Source of the DNA: Nitrosopumilus sp.
GTDB taxonomy: Archaea > Thermoproteota > Nitrososphaeria > Nitrososphaerales > Nitrosopumilaceae
Assembly: GCA_003702545.1 (NCBI GenBank)
Contig: REGK01000001.1
Location: forward strand, 1-58,201
DNA: 58,201 nt
Reading direction: 5' to 3'
In this document: positions 47,701-57,365 of the stretch, piece by piece
How the letters are laid out: the number at the start of each line of letters is the position of its first letter
Position numbering within the stretch: the first letter of the stretch is position 1
Made by a program: the position numbers and the translations under genes
Notes under the pieces: model-generated
Seen by the model: the letters and a program-made list of their open reading frames with translations, nothing else
The model's database searches: none
What the model was told of the DNA's origin: nothing

Positions 47701-49140
47701 ATGCAAAGTAATTTCAAAAAAGTTTCTTGTCTTTTAGCTATCATCTTACTTAGCACACAAAGTCTTGCAGGAGTTTCATTTGCTCAATCAAGTGAAGAAC
47801 CAGAAATAATGTTTAATCAAGCAATGGAGTTTTTTTCTAATGGAAATTATAATCAAGCCATAGTAATTTACGATGACATTTTAGAAATTGCACCAAACAA
47901 TATCTCGACATTAAAGATGAAAGGTATAGCCCAAAGTAATATGGGAGACCACAAAAAATCTTTAGAACAATTCTTTACAGTTTTACAACATAGACCAAAT
48001 GATGTCATTTCATTGGCAGGTATGGGTGTAGGGTTTGGTAATCTAGGAGAATATCAAGAGGCAACAACATATTTTGAAAAGGCACAAAAAGAGAGACCAA
48101 ATAGCACAGTAATACAAAACTACAAGCAATTCATAGACAAAGTAGTTTCAAAATACCCCTACATACCTACAGAAAAGCCCGATGGGTTAGAGAAACAGTA
48201 TACATCGTCTGTACCAGAGTGGGTAAAGTCAATAGCAAAATGGTGGGCATCAGATGGAATTGAGGATTCAGAATTTGTTTCAGCATTAGTATTTATGATA
48301 AATAACAAAATTATTGAGATTCCACCAGTAGAAACACATGGTGTTGGTGAAGAAAAAATTCCAGACTGGATTAAAAACAACGCAGGATGGTGGGCAGATG
48401 ACCAAATTGATGATGACGCATTTGTACAAGGAATACAGTACATGATAGAAAATGGGTTAATTGTTATCAAAGTTGAAGAGACAACACAGAAAACACAAGA
48501 AGAGTTAGACCATGAATTTTATTTATTCAAAAAATACCTTAGAGACATTTCAATTAACATATCAAAAGAGAAACGATACATAGAATATCCAAATCCTAGT
48601 CAAGACGTAATCAAAAAATTCTTGAGAGATTATGTGAAATGGAATTTTGAGGAAGAGGTAAAAAGAGCATCTTCTAATTTTCCAGATCCAACCTATGAAG
48701 TCGTTGATGACACATACATTATCTATTACAAAGTTTACATCAATGAACAACCATCAGGTCTTCCTTTAGATCATGTGAGCACATTAAGCAATTCATTTGC
48801 ATTTTGGGAAGAACAAGAATTGTCAACAAATAATCAAAAAGCAAAAATGAAATTTGAAATAACAAACACAAAGCATGAAGCAAATGTTTGGGTAACATGG
48901 GTTGTTCGCAACATAGGTGATGGTGTTTTAGGACATGCACATTTAGGAAAAGGTGTTGTAGAAGTTACATTAGGAGATTACAATTGTGACGGAAGTTTTC
49001 AATTGTATGATGTAGATAGTGTTGAAACAATTATGACACATGAGTTAGGTCATTCTATTGGTTTGAAACATGTTGATGATAAAACAAGTATAATGTATCC
49101 ATCATTCACACCATCATACGCATATTGTTTACTGAGTTAA
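47701..49140 (+). CDS. Secreted TPR + Trp-rich repeat + metzincin (matrixin-like) metalloprotease
   Basis: Signal peptide, TPR helices, two IPDWIKNNAGWWA-type repeats, HELGHSIGLKH with Met-turn SIMYP. Confidence 0.88.
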   Translation: MQSNFKKVSCLLAIILLSTQSLAGVSFAQSSEEPEIMFNQAMEFFSNGNYNQAIVIYDDILEIAPNNISTLKMKGIAQSNMGDHKKSLEQFFTVLQHRPNDVISLAGMGVGFGNLGEYQEATTYFEKAQKERPNSTVIQNYKQFIDKVVSKYPYIPTEKPDGLEKQYTSSVPEWVKSIAKWWASDGIEDSEFVSALVFMINNKIIEIPPVETHGVGEEKIPDWIKNNAGWWADDQIDDDAFVQGIQYMIENGLIVIKVEETTQKTQEELDHEFYLFKKYLRDISINISKEKRYIEYPNPSQDVIKKFLRDYVKWNFEEEVKRASSNFPDPTYEVVDDTYIIYYKVYINEQPSGLPLDHVSTLSNSFAFWEEQELSTNNQKAKMKFEITNTKHEANVWVTWVVRNIGDGVLGHAHLGKGVVEVTLGDYNCDGSFQLYDVDSVETIMTHELGHSIGLKHVDDKTSIMYPSFTPSYAYCLLS

Positions 49141-49204
49141 TTTATTGAAAAAATATCAAAGTTAGCTTAACCTACACACAAATAACCGGTAGAAATTATG
49201 TAAA

Positions 49205-50152
49205 ATGGATAATAAGGCAATTGTCAAAATTCAATTAATTATGCTTAGAAACCAAATGATCACCGGATCAAAATGTCCAGCCTGTGGCGATAAAAAAATG
49301 ATAACAGATGAAAATACTGGTGAATTATTTTGTGGAAAATGTGGATTTGTAGTATCTGATAAAATTGCAGACACAGGTGCGGAATGGCGATCTTTTTCAA
49401 ATGATGAAGGAAACAAAGCAAGAACAGGTGCAGGAACATCACTTACAATGCACGACATGGGATTGTCCACAGTAATTGGCGCAGCAAACAAAGATTCAAC
49501 AGGAAAGCCACTATCTGCAAGTGTAAAAAGTTCAATTGAAAGATTAAGAACTTGGGACAGCAGAAGTCAAGCACATTCTTCAGCAGATAGAAACCTGAGA
49601 CAAGCACTAAATGAAATGGACAAACTAAAAGATAAACTAGCATTAACTGATGCAGTTATTGAAAAAGCAGCTTACATTTACAGAAAAGCAATGGAGAAGA
49701 AACTTGTAAGAGGACGTTCAATCCAAGGCTTAGTTGCAGCATGTCTTTATGCATCTTGTAGAAACACAGAAACACCAAGAACATTAGATGATGTTGCAAA
49801 AGGAATCAACATCAGAAGAAAAGATGTTGCAAGATGTTATAGATTAATTTTCAGAGAATTAGAACTAAAAATGCCAGTAGTTGATCCTGTGAAAGGAGTT
49901 TCAAGAATTGCAAGTATTGCAGAGCTTAGTGAAAAGAGTAAACGTAAAGCAATAGCAATCCTCAATGAGGCAAAGAAGATGGGTGTGGTTGCAGGAAAAG
50001 ACCCTATGGGAATAGCTGCTGCGGCACTTTATCTTGCATGTATTAGTACAGGCGAAGTCAAATCACAAAAAGACATATCCATTGCATCAGGAGTAACTGA
50101 AGTTACAATTAGAAACAGATGTGCAGGATTAAGAAAGATAATAAACGATTAG
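49205..50152 (+). CDS. tfb: Transcription initiation factor IIB
   Basis: CPACG...CGKCG, EWRSF, HDMGLST, GVTEVTIRNR; true start probably 49241 or 49256. Confidence 0.96.
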   Translation: MDNKAIVKIQLIMLRNQMITGSKCPACGDKKMITDENTGELFCGKCGFVVSDKIADTGAEWRSFSNDEGNKARTGAGTSLTMHDMGLSTVIGAANKDSTGKPLSASVKSSIERLRTWDSRSQAHSSADRNLRQALNEMDKLKDKLALTDAVIEKAAYIYRKAMEKKLVRGRSIQGLVAACLYASCRNTETPRTLDDVAKGINIRRKDVARCYRLIFRELELKMPVVDPVKGVSRIASIAELSEKSKRKAIAILNEAKKMGVVAGKDPMGIAAAALYLACISTGEVKSQKDISIASGVTEVTIRNRCAGLRKIIND

Positions 50153-50559
50153 AAATCATTTTTAGATCTTTGAAACTCTAATTTATCCCAAGGAAATACA
50201 ACATATGCATTATTGTTTGTTTTTTTACCATACAGTAATTGTTTAGGATATTTTTTTCCACGTCTTGCAAATAGAGTAACAAAAACAAGTTTTGATGGAA
50301 CATCAACTCGTTTAATGATTTCATCAAATGTATCCCCAGTATCAAAAATGTCATCTACAAACAAAGAGTTGGAATTTATTTTCGTTTTATCTACAAAGAT
50401 TTTCTTGATATCCAATTGATCTGCAATTAGGCGTGAAGGAATCAATCCTCCTCGACTAACAGTGGTTATACTAGAGAAGGTTCTAGGTAATTTTAAAATC
50501 TGGTTTGAAAGTCTTTTTACAATTGATTCAATTTCAGACCAATCCACATCTTGAGACAA
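50149..50559 (-). CDS. Type I phosphoribosyltransferase
   Basis: SRGGLIP, VDDIFDTGDT, VFPW. Confidence 0.88.
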   Translation of the reverse strand: MSQDVDWSEIESIVKRLSNQILKLPRTFSSITTVSRGGLIPSRLIADQLDIKKIFVDKTKINSNSLFVDDIFDTGDTFDEIIKRVDVPSKLVFVTLFARRGKKYPKQLLYGKKTNNNAYVVFPWDKLEFQRSKNDF

Positions 50560-50598
50560 TATAAGAAAACCAGTCAGGGTAAAATTAAGTTGTTATGT

Positions 50599-50991
50599 TT
50601 AGAAAGTCTTCATGGGAGAATTTTTCAGAGGTTCAATAAGTTTGAGAATCTTGAATGGAATTTTTCCAAAATTGGTGTCTTTTTCACAAGAAACCAATAA
50701 CACATCATCACCAGATAGTGGAAAACTCATAACAATTACTTTGTCACGATATGACATTGAGAAATGAACAATGCCAAATTCTTTATCAAATTCATGTCTC
50801 ATTCTAACACGCAATGCTAATTCCATGAACATCATCTCATCTTGTTTTTGCGCCTCAAGGGACATCAGTCCATCTTTCATACCTCCAGCAATTAGATGAC
50901 CTCTACTGTTGATGAGCCTAGCAGAACGCATCTTTGGATCCAATTTTGTTATTTTTTTACAGAGTTTCTCAAGTTCTTCAACGTTATCCAT
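50599..50991 (-). CDS. Roadblock/profilin-like small protein (DUF6659-like)
   Basis: MRSARLINSRGHLIAGG...MRHEFDKEFG...SFP; paralog at 55496-55897. Confidence 0.7.
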   Translation of the reverse strand: MDNVEELEKLCKKITKLDPKMRSARLINSRGHLIAGGMKDGLMSLEAQKQDEMMFMELALRVRMRHEFDKEFGIVHFSMSYRDKVIVMSFPLSGDDVLLVSCEKDTNFGKIPFKILKLIEPLKNSPMKTF

Positions 50992-51044
50992 TTGTCTAAT
51001 TACGTAAACGAACTATTTATTGCGATCTGGTTCAATAGGTCTCT

Positions 51045-51623
51045 ATGCAATCAGAATCAGATAAAGACATTACAGATTACTACAAGCACCTCTCATTATT
51101 CTGGACAGATATTGTACATTTAATGTCAAGTAAACCACAAGCGTTAACATCAATTGGACCAATGAGAGCATTTGCTGCAAATTCTAAGAAAGTATCTACT
51201 GAATTAATTGAGATTAATGAAGATTTGATGGAGTTTAACAAACATCTAACAGAGTACTACAAACAACTTGCAGACACTTGGGTGGATGCACAAAAGAAAG
51301 TCAATCTAAAGGCACCTGAAATTCCCCAAGATGTTGAACAGATGGAAGCAGTAAAGAGAATCTGGATTGATATATTTGATAATGATTTTACAGAATTGTT
51401 TGACTCAGGAAAGTTTGGAGAAAATTATGGAAAACTAGTTTCAAAGGAATTAGAATTAACAAAACATTGGAACAATATTGTAAATGTAATTCTTCAATCA
51501 GTTAATCTTCCAAGTAAAGAAGAGATTGATGAGGTATACAAAGAGATTCATTCATTGAAAAAAAGAGTTGCAAAATTGGAATTAGAGTTAAAGAAGAAGG
51601 GGATGAAGAGAAATGCAAAGTGA
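51045..51623 (+). CDS. phaE: PHA synthase subunit PhaE
   Basis: WIDIFD...F...FGENYG and LPSKEEIDEVYKEIHSLKKRV; overlaps phaC. Confidence 0.88.
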   Translation: MQSESDKDITDYYKHLSLFWTDIVHLMSSKPQALTSIGPMRAFAANSKKVSTELIEINEDLMEFNKHLTEYYKQLADTWVDAQKKVNLKAPEIPQDVEQMEAVKRIWIDIFDNDFTELFDSGKFGENYGKLVSKELELTKHWNNIVNVILQSVNLPSKEEIDEVYKEIHSLKKRVAKLELELKKKGMKRNAK

Positions 51624-52677
51624 GCCAAAAGTAGATCCAAAAATCATTGAAGAGATTTTAAAATTTAGCAAAAATATAATCGAAGCTCCAAAGCTTGTAT
51701 CAGCTCCAGATGAAATTAGTTTGGAGGTCACACCACACGATATAGTTCAACAAATGGACAAAACACGTCTATTACACTACAAGCCAATTACAGAAAAACA
51801 ACACAAGACGCCGTTATTGATTTCATATGCATTGATTAACAGATTTCATATTTTAGATATACAACCTGAAAAAAGTTGGGTGAGAAACTTACTCCAACAA
51901 GGATTTGATATCTACATGCTTGATTGGGGAACACCAACTAGCATGGATAAATATCTGGATTTTGACGATTATGTAAATGGATATCTGGATACATATGTAG
52001 AATATATCAAAAATGAATCATCTACTGAAAAGATTTCATTGCAAGGGTATTGCACAGGTGCAACAATTGCTACAACATATGCATCGCTACATCCGGAAAG
52101 TGTTAAAAATTACATTGCAACTGCGCCCGTAATTGATGGTTGGAGAGACACCACAGTGATCAGTAATCTTGCAAAACACATGGATGTGGATAAAATGGTA
52201 GAGATTATCGGAAATATGCCTCCAGAATTCATGTATTATGCTTTTTCAGTTCTCAAACCATTTGAGCAAGGTATTGAAAAATATGTCAATTTTTTCAAAA
52301 ATATTGAAAACAAGAAATTTGTTGATAGTTTCCTTAGAGTTGAAAAATGGTTAGGAGACACACCACCCATCCCAGGAGAATTATTCAAACAATGGATAAA
52401 GGATATCTATCAAGATAATCTGCTTATTCAAAATAAGATGCACATTGAAGGCCAACTAGTTAATTTGAAAAATATCGATATGCCAATTTTCACACAAGTT
52501 GCAGTAGGAGACCACCTAGTATCTCCAGAATGCAGTATGCCTCTGCACTATGCCGTAGGAAGTGAAGACAAAACTTTGAGAATGTACCCCACAGGTCATG
52601 TAGGTATGATTGCTAGTTCACTATCTCAGAAGAAGGTCTTGCCTGAGCTGGGACAGTGGTTAGCTGAAAGATCATAA
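51613..52677 (+). CDS. phaC: Class III PHA synthase subunit PhaC
   Basis: YALINRFHILDIQP, LDWG, GYCTG catalytic Cys, DHLV Asp, GHVG His. Confidence 0.95.
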   Translation: MQSEPKVDPKIIEEILKFSKNIIEAPKLVSAPDEISLEVTPHDIVQQMDKTRLLHYKPITEKQHKTPLLISYALINRFHILDIQPEKSWVRNLLQQGFDIYMLDWGTPTSMDKYLDFDDYVNGYLDTYVEYIKNESSTEKISLQGYCTGATIATTYASLHPESVKNYIATAPVIDGWRDTTVISNLAKHMDVDKMVEIIGNMPPEFMYYAFSVLKPFEQGIEKYVNFFKNIENKKFVDSFLRVEKWLGDTPPIPGELFKQWIKDIYQDNLLIQNKMHIEGQLVNLKNIDMPIFTQVAVGDHLVSPECSMPLHYAVGSEDKTLRMYPTGHVGMIASSLSQKKVLPELGQWLAERS

Positions 52678-52711
52678 AAAAGATGAAAAAATTAAAAAAA
52701 TAGATTCGGCA

Positions 52712-53140
52712 CTAGTTGTTTTTTGTGGTGAATGCAGAAATCCAAGATTGTAGAATGTTTCTGTTTAACTCAGCAAATGATTTTGCATTGTCGTTAAAGG
52801 TCTTGATGTTTTGTTGTGTTGCATCAATGGTTGCAAGGGTTACTTGGTTTTGAATTGATGTAGCCTTTACGACTTCTTCTGTTGTATCTTGCATTACTTT
52901 GATTGTAGCTTCAGGAATGTTTGCTGCGATACCTGCTTTCTTTGCAAATTCTTTTTGTAGTGTTAGGGTTGAATCTGCAATGTTTTCATAAGCTTGTATG
53001 AATTCCTGTTGTACATTGGTAATTGCTTGGTGATATTGTGGTACTGATGTTCTAATACCGTTGAAGAATTTATCTACGTTTTGTTGATATACAGAAAATA
53101 GATCTTTTGGATTTGATTGTGTCTGTTCGTTCTTACTCAA
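52712..53140 (-). CDS. Putative phasin (PhaP-like)
   Basis: Gln/Thr/Ala-rich amphipathic helices; position next to phaEC. Confidence 0.6.
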   Translation of the reverse strand: MSKNEQTQSNPKDLFSVYQQNVDKFFNGIRTSVPQYHQAITNVQQEFIQAYENIADSTLTLQKEFAKKAGIAANIPEATIKVMQDTTEEVVKATSIQNQVTLATIDATQQNIKTFNDNAKSFAELNRNILQSWISAFTTKNN

Positions 53141-53562
53141 TTTTTCACCTCCCTAGCTTTTGATTTTTTTGCTATTGGAAGAACAATGACTTGAACCAAG
53201 TCACCTTCACCCAATCCAAGGGCATTACGTTCTGCCTCAGGGATTGAAATTCTACCATTACTGCTAATGGTAGTTTTGTATGCACCCCAGTTCATGAAGG
53301 AAGGAAGCATTTGTCCGATGCTAAACATGGTATCCATGCTTTTGTTTTGCATAGAGGTTATGTTTTCCATCATATTTGATTGGGCCTGTCTAGTGTTATC
53401 TGAAACTTCTTTGAGAGTATCAAGTGGGTTGAATGTTTGACTAGTTTGATTAGTCATTAAAGCACCAAAATTTTTCATAAATTCTGCTTGAGCACGTCCA
53501 CTTTTTTGAATCCAATCTTTGAACATAGAAGTTGGATCATATTGGTTTTCATTACCATTCAT
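53137..53562 (-). CDS. AbrB/MazE-domain regulator (PhaR-like)
   Basis: C-terminal ISSNGRISIPEAERNALGLGEGDLV; overlaps the putative phasin gene. Confidence 0.8.
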   Translation of the reverse strand: MNGNENQYDPTSMFKDWIQKSGRAQAEFMKNFGALMTNQTSQTFNPLDTLKEVSDNTRQAQSNMMENITSMQNKSMDTMFSIGQMLPSFMNWGAYKTTISSNGRISIPEAERNALGLGEGDLVQVIVLPIAKKSKAREVKN

Positions 53563-53598
53563 AGGTAATTATGGGAATCAGGTGGTATTTAAGTGCAC

Positions 53599-54393
53599 TT
53601 AATGGACGCCTAAGAAATCCAAGACCTTTTCAGAAAAGGTATGAGGATCCTGAACATAGGGGGTATGGCCACAACCATCCATACGAATGAAACGACAGTC
53701 CTTGAGAGATGCAATAAAATCATCAGCATGGTGAATTGGGATTACTGGATCATCACTACCCCAAATCAGCATTGTCTCGTTCAAAATGGAAGTTAATTTT
53801 TTTGTGATAATTTCAGCATTTTTCAAACCAAGAATAGTAGACATGAATGCCAGCTTTGCGTTTGGTAATCGCATTCTTTCAACAAAATTAGTTACTATTT
53901 TTTGATCAACACTTTCACCTGAACCATCCATCAATTCAAATGCATTTTTTGCATTTTGTTCATTAGGATACAATGCAGCCATGATATATGCATCAAGTGC
54001 AGGAGTGGATTGTTTCATTACACCTGAAGGAGAGACCAAAATGAGTTTTTCAACAGAATCAGGATTTGCAGCAGTAAATTCAGCAGAAATCTGTCCACCT
54101 AGAGAAGATCCAATTAGATAAGTGCGAGGAATGTTTACAGTTTCCAAGAATTGTTTGAGAAAATCTGAAAAAAAATCTACAGTGTAATCAGTAAGAGGTT
54201 TGTCACTATATCCAAATCCAATAAGATCAGGAATTACAACGTGGAATTTTTCAGCAAAAATAGGCATTACTTTTTCCCACCTTTCAGCAGATGCACCTAA
54301 ACCATGAATGAGAACTAGTGTTTTATCAGAATCACCAGATTCTAAATAACGAATCTTATGTCCATCAATTTGAAGAAATTTCTCGTGCACCAT
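53599..54393 (-). CDS. Alpha/beta hydrolase
   Basis: LIHGLG, DLIGFG, GSSLGG, WGSDD, GH triad. Confidence 0.9.
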   Translation of the reverse strand: MVHEKFLQIDGHKIRYLESGDSDKTLVLIHGLGASAERWEKVMPIFAEKFHVVIPDLIGFGYSDKPLTDYTVDFFSDFLKQFLETVNIPRTYLIGSSLGGQISAEFTAANPDSVEKLILVSPSGVMKQSTPALDAYIMAALYPNEQNAKNAFELMDGSGESVDQKIVTNFVERMRLPNAKLAFMSTILGLKNAEIITKKLTSILNETMLIWGSDDPVIPIHHADDFIASLKDCRFIRMDGCGHTPYVQDPHTFSEKVLDFLGVH

Positions 54394-54519
54394 TTTAGCG
54401 TCAATTATTATGAATAGATAAGTTTTAGTTAATTTAAGCGATCATAGGAATTTTGATTTTTTGAGAAAAATGAATCAGACTAGGAGTATCTTTTTTAGGA
54501 TGAAAAATTACGGAATTAC

Positions 54520-54951
54520 GTGATAAAGAAAAAGATCTCAAAAATTCTAGTACCGTTAGATGGTTCCAAAAACTCCCAAAGAGGCCTAGAGACTGCAATT
54601 TCACTAGCCAGGCAATGCGGAGCAACCATTACAGGAGTATTCTCAATTCATGCACCCCCACATTCAGAATTCAGAGGTGTTGGATCTGTTGAAAAGTCCC
54701 TAAACAGAGAAGTGAAAAAAATCATGGAGGAATCCAAAACTCTGGCAGCAAAAAACGGCATTGTGTTCAAAGAAAAATTGATGCGAGGAGATATTGGATA
54801 TAATATTGTCAAGCTTGCACAGGGAAAAGAAAAGTTTGACATGATAGTAATTGGCTCACGAGGAAGGAGTTCTGCAAAGGAATTGTTCTTTGGAAGCGTC
54901 TCAAACTATGTCATACACACAGCAAAGATTCCGGTCCTGATTGTAAAATAA
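54520..54951 (+). CDS. Universal stress protein
   Basis: ILVPLDGS, IVIGSRGR, FGSVSNYV, PVLIVK. Confidence 0.93.
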   Translation: MIKKKISKILVPLDGSKNSQRGLETAISLARQCGATITGVFSIHAPPHSEFRGVGSVEKSLNREVKKIMEESKTLAAKNGIVFKEKLMRGDIGYNIVKLAQGKEKFDMIVIGSRGRSSAKELFFGSVSNYVIHTAKIPVLIVK

Positions 54952-54952
54952 T

Positions 54953-55405
54953 TTAGAATCCGTTCTTTTTGAAATATTTTTGATGATATTCTTCTGCTTT
55001 GTAGAATGTAGGAGCAGGAGTAATTTCAGTAACAACGGGATCCGTGAATTTTCCAGAAGAAGCAAGTTCTGATTTTGATTTTTCTGCAATCTCTTTTTGT
55101 TTTTCATCATGATAAAAAATTGCAGAGCGGTATTGAATTCCAACATCAGGACCTTGGCGATTTAGTGTTGTAGGGTTGTGATTGTTCCAAAAGACATCTA
55201 AAAGTTCTTCATATGAAATTTCATTAGGATCATATTCTACTTCAACAGCTTCAGCATGCCCTGTTCTATCAGTACACACTTCCTCATAAGTCGGGTTTGG
55301 GAGATTACCACCAATATAACCAACTTGAGTGGATTTTACTCCCTTTGTTTTACTAAGCAAATCTTCAACATGCCAAAAACATCCTGCACCAAATGTTGCT
55401 TTCAT
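54953..55405 (-). CDS. msrA: Peptide methionine sulfoxide reductase A
   Basis: GAGCFW, TGHAE, RQGPDVG.QYRS, AEEYHQKY. Confidence 0.96.
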   Translation of the reverse strand: MKATFGAGCFWHVEDLLSKTKGVKSTQVGYIGGNLPNPTYEEVCTDRTGHAEAVEVEYDPNEISYEELLDVFWNNHNPTTLNRQGPDVGIQYRSAIFYHDEKQKEIAEKSKSELASSGKFTDPVVTEITPAPTFYKAEEYHQKYFKKNGF

Positions 55406-55495
55406 TTCAAAGATTCTAAAACATAAACAGAATTAAAACTATTTGCTAGAAATATTGAGATTTATTTTTCTAATTAAAAAGATTACAGAGTTCTT

Positions 55496-55897
55496 TTAAG
55501 TTCCAGTCATTTTTTTGGAGACATCAGTAAAAATTTCAACTACTTTTTTAGCCAAATTTTCAATGTTTGCAGTAGGTTCTGCAGAAATCAATAATAGAAT
55601 CTGAGATATAGGGAATGGGAAACTAACAAGAACCGCCTTATCTCGTCTTGCGGCCAAATAATTGATAGGTCCTAAACTTTGATCATATTCTTTTCTAATT
55701 GATGCCTTTGAGACAAATTCCAAGAACGATTGTAATCGAGTTTCATCCCCTTCATAAGGAGTTAGTCCTTCTTTGAATCCACCTGAAATCAATTGGCCAT
55801 CTTTATCAACAATTCCAGCAAATCGAATCTCTGATTCATCTAGTAATTTTTTGCATTTTTCAGCATATAGATTCAAAGTACCTTCAGCATCTGACAT
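55496..55897 (-). CDS. Roadblock/profilin-like small protein (DUF6659-like)
   Basis: IRFAGIVDKDGQLISGG...RKEYDQSLG...SFP; paralog of 50599-50991. Confidence 0.7.
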   Translation of the reverse strand: MSDAEGTLNLYAEKCKKLLDESEIRFAGIVDKDGQLISGGFKEGLTPYEGDETRLQSFLEFVSKASIRKEYDQSLGPINYLAARRDKAVLVSFPFPISQILLLISAEPTANIENLAKKVVEIFTDVSKKMTGT

Positions 55898-55999
55898 GAT
55901 AAAGTAATTAGAATATCAAAAATAAAAACCTAGTCAATGTTATTAATCAAAAAAATTCCAAATTGGTCACAGGATTGGATGAATTTTTACATGTAATTA

Positions 56000-56200
56000 A
56001 TGAGTGAAAATTAAGAAATTTCATTGTTACAGATAGGAATAGTCTTAATCATATTAGTTGTGATTTTAGGAAGTGTTGGTGCTCAGAGTATATTTGCACA
56101 TCAGCATGATTTTCGAGTTTAGACGCCTGAAGACATATTGAAATTCCGCAATTTTTTCTACGAAGAAAACAAGTGTCAGCAAAGGTCACATATGGGTTGA
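56000..56200 (+). pseudogene. Probable remnant of a secreted-protein gene
   Basis: MSEN*EISLLQIGIVLIILVVILGSVGAQSIFAHQHDFRV*TPEDILKF...: signal-peptide-like frame broken by TAA at 56012 and TAG at 56120. Confidence 0.55.
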
Positions 56201-56253
56201 TTTCTGAAAACAAAGTATTCAACCATTAGATCATATTATTGCAAAAAGAATTC

Positions 56254-57108
56254 TCATTGTATAGATTCTGGAATACATTTTAGAAGAGCATAATCGATGA
56301 TTTTTTTTTCAGATGCATCTTTCATTTTGATGATTGATTTGTAGAGGATGTTTTCAACATAGTTTGGGTATTTTTCTAAAATGGATTTTTTAAGTTGGTC
56401 TCTATTTTGAATATAGTAATCTGCCAGAGGATCATAAACATGATTTCCAATCAGTTGTTCTTCTGTAATTGAGAAGCCATTTGAATTAATGGTGTTTTTT
56501 ACATCATCAAAAGAATAGTGTTCAGATGACCAAGTAAATTTCAGCATACCTAAATCCTTGATAGAAGAATTTCCAAGAGTTACAGGAATTGCCATTACAA
56601 GTAATCCATTAGTAGTCAATACTCTTTTTGATTCAGAGATAAAATCAGAAATAGGTTTGAAGTGTTGCGCAGATTCTAATGCCAAAACACGATCTACAGA
56701 GTTATCTGCCAAAGGCAGTTTGGTTGACGAAGAATTTAGAAATTCAATCTTTTGTTTTTTGCCAAAAGAGAGTTGGGAATAATTGATGTTTACATCATAC
56801 AATGAAATTTCTGGAAATTTTTGCTGCCAAAGGTGAGATGGTGCAGATAATCCACTCCCCACATCAACCACATGTCTTGCAGACGATAGTTCAGCAAGAT
56901 CTCCAAAAACCATACACAGATTCTCTTGAGCAGGAATTGGTTCTTTATGATCATTTGTCCAGTACCCAAAATTGAGCATGGTTCCACCAGTTGCAAGTTG
57001 CATAACAGGAGATAGGGTATTGTAAAGATTCACAGTGTCTTTTTCGCTTCTACGAAATGTCCACAAAAATACATCAACAGGGTTTATCGATACCAAAAAG
57101 AAATTCAA
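56254..57108 (-). CDS. Class I SAM-dependent methyltransferase (sterol/tocopherol MT-like)
   Basis: LNFGYW, VDVGSG, LPLADNSVD, LESAQHF, RVL. Confidence 0.88.
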   Translation of the reverse strand: MNFFLVSINPVDVFLWTFRRSEKDTVNLYNTLSPVMQLATGGTMLNFGYWTNDHKEPIPAQENLCMVFGDLAELSSARHVVDVGSGLSAPSHLWQQKFPEISLYDVNINYSQLSFGKKQKIEFLNSSSTKLPLADNSVDRVLALESAQHFKPISDFISESKRVLTTNGLLVMAIPVTLGNSSIKDLGMLKFTWSSEHYSFDDVKNTINSNGFSITEEQLIGNHVYDPLADYYIQNRDQLKKSILEKYPNYVENILYKSIIKMKDASEKKIIDYALLKCIPESIQ

Positions 57109-57136
57109 AATTAATTGAACAGAGTCATATTAATTT

Positions 57137-57268
57137 CTAGGGCAATCCTTCAGATTCCTCAGCACAATGCTTGTGAACCCATTTTTCATCACTGTTTTTA
57201 GATATCTCTTTTCCTGGTTGGATTTTATCCCCACAAGAAACACATGATGTTGCAAATTTTGCTTTCAT
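57137..57268 (-). CDS. 43-aa CxxC...HxxC zinc-finger microprotein
   Basis: Manual translation MKAKFATSCVSCGDKIQPGKEISKNSDEKWVHKHCAEESEGLP. Confidence 0.75.
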   Translation of the reverse strand: MKAKFATSCVSCGDKIQPGKEISKNSDEKWVHKHCAEESEGLP

Positions 57269-57365
57269 GTATTTTAGTAATTACTGAAACATAAATCAAA
57301 TGTGTTGTAATTGGTGTTAACTAATGATTAAGATGTTTTATTAATTCGAGTTAATTAATTGCCGC

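Noticed and set aside
52705-52716. GGCACTAG partial motif copy
   Set aside because: Overlaps a stop codon between convergent genes with no promoter context.
2000-56996. Numerous 60-170 aa antisense or alternate-frame ORFs in the track (e.g. 32284-32787, 33751-34164, 34855-35250, 46543-46929)
   Set aside because: They lie within well-supported genes and have no recognisable motifs; treated as shadow ORFs.
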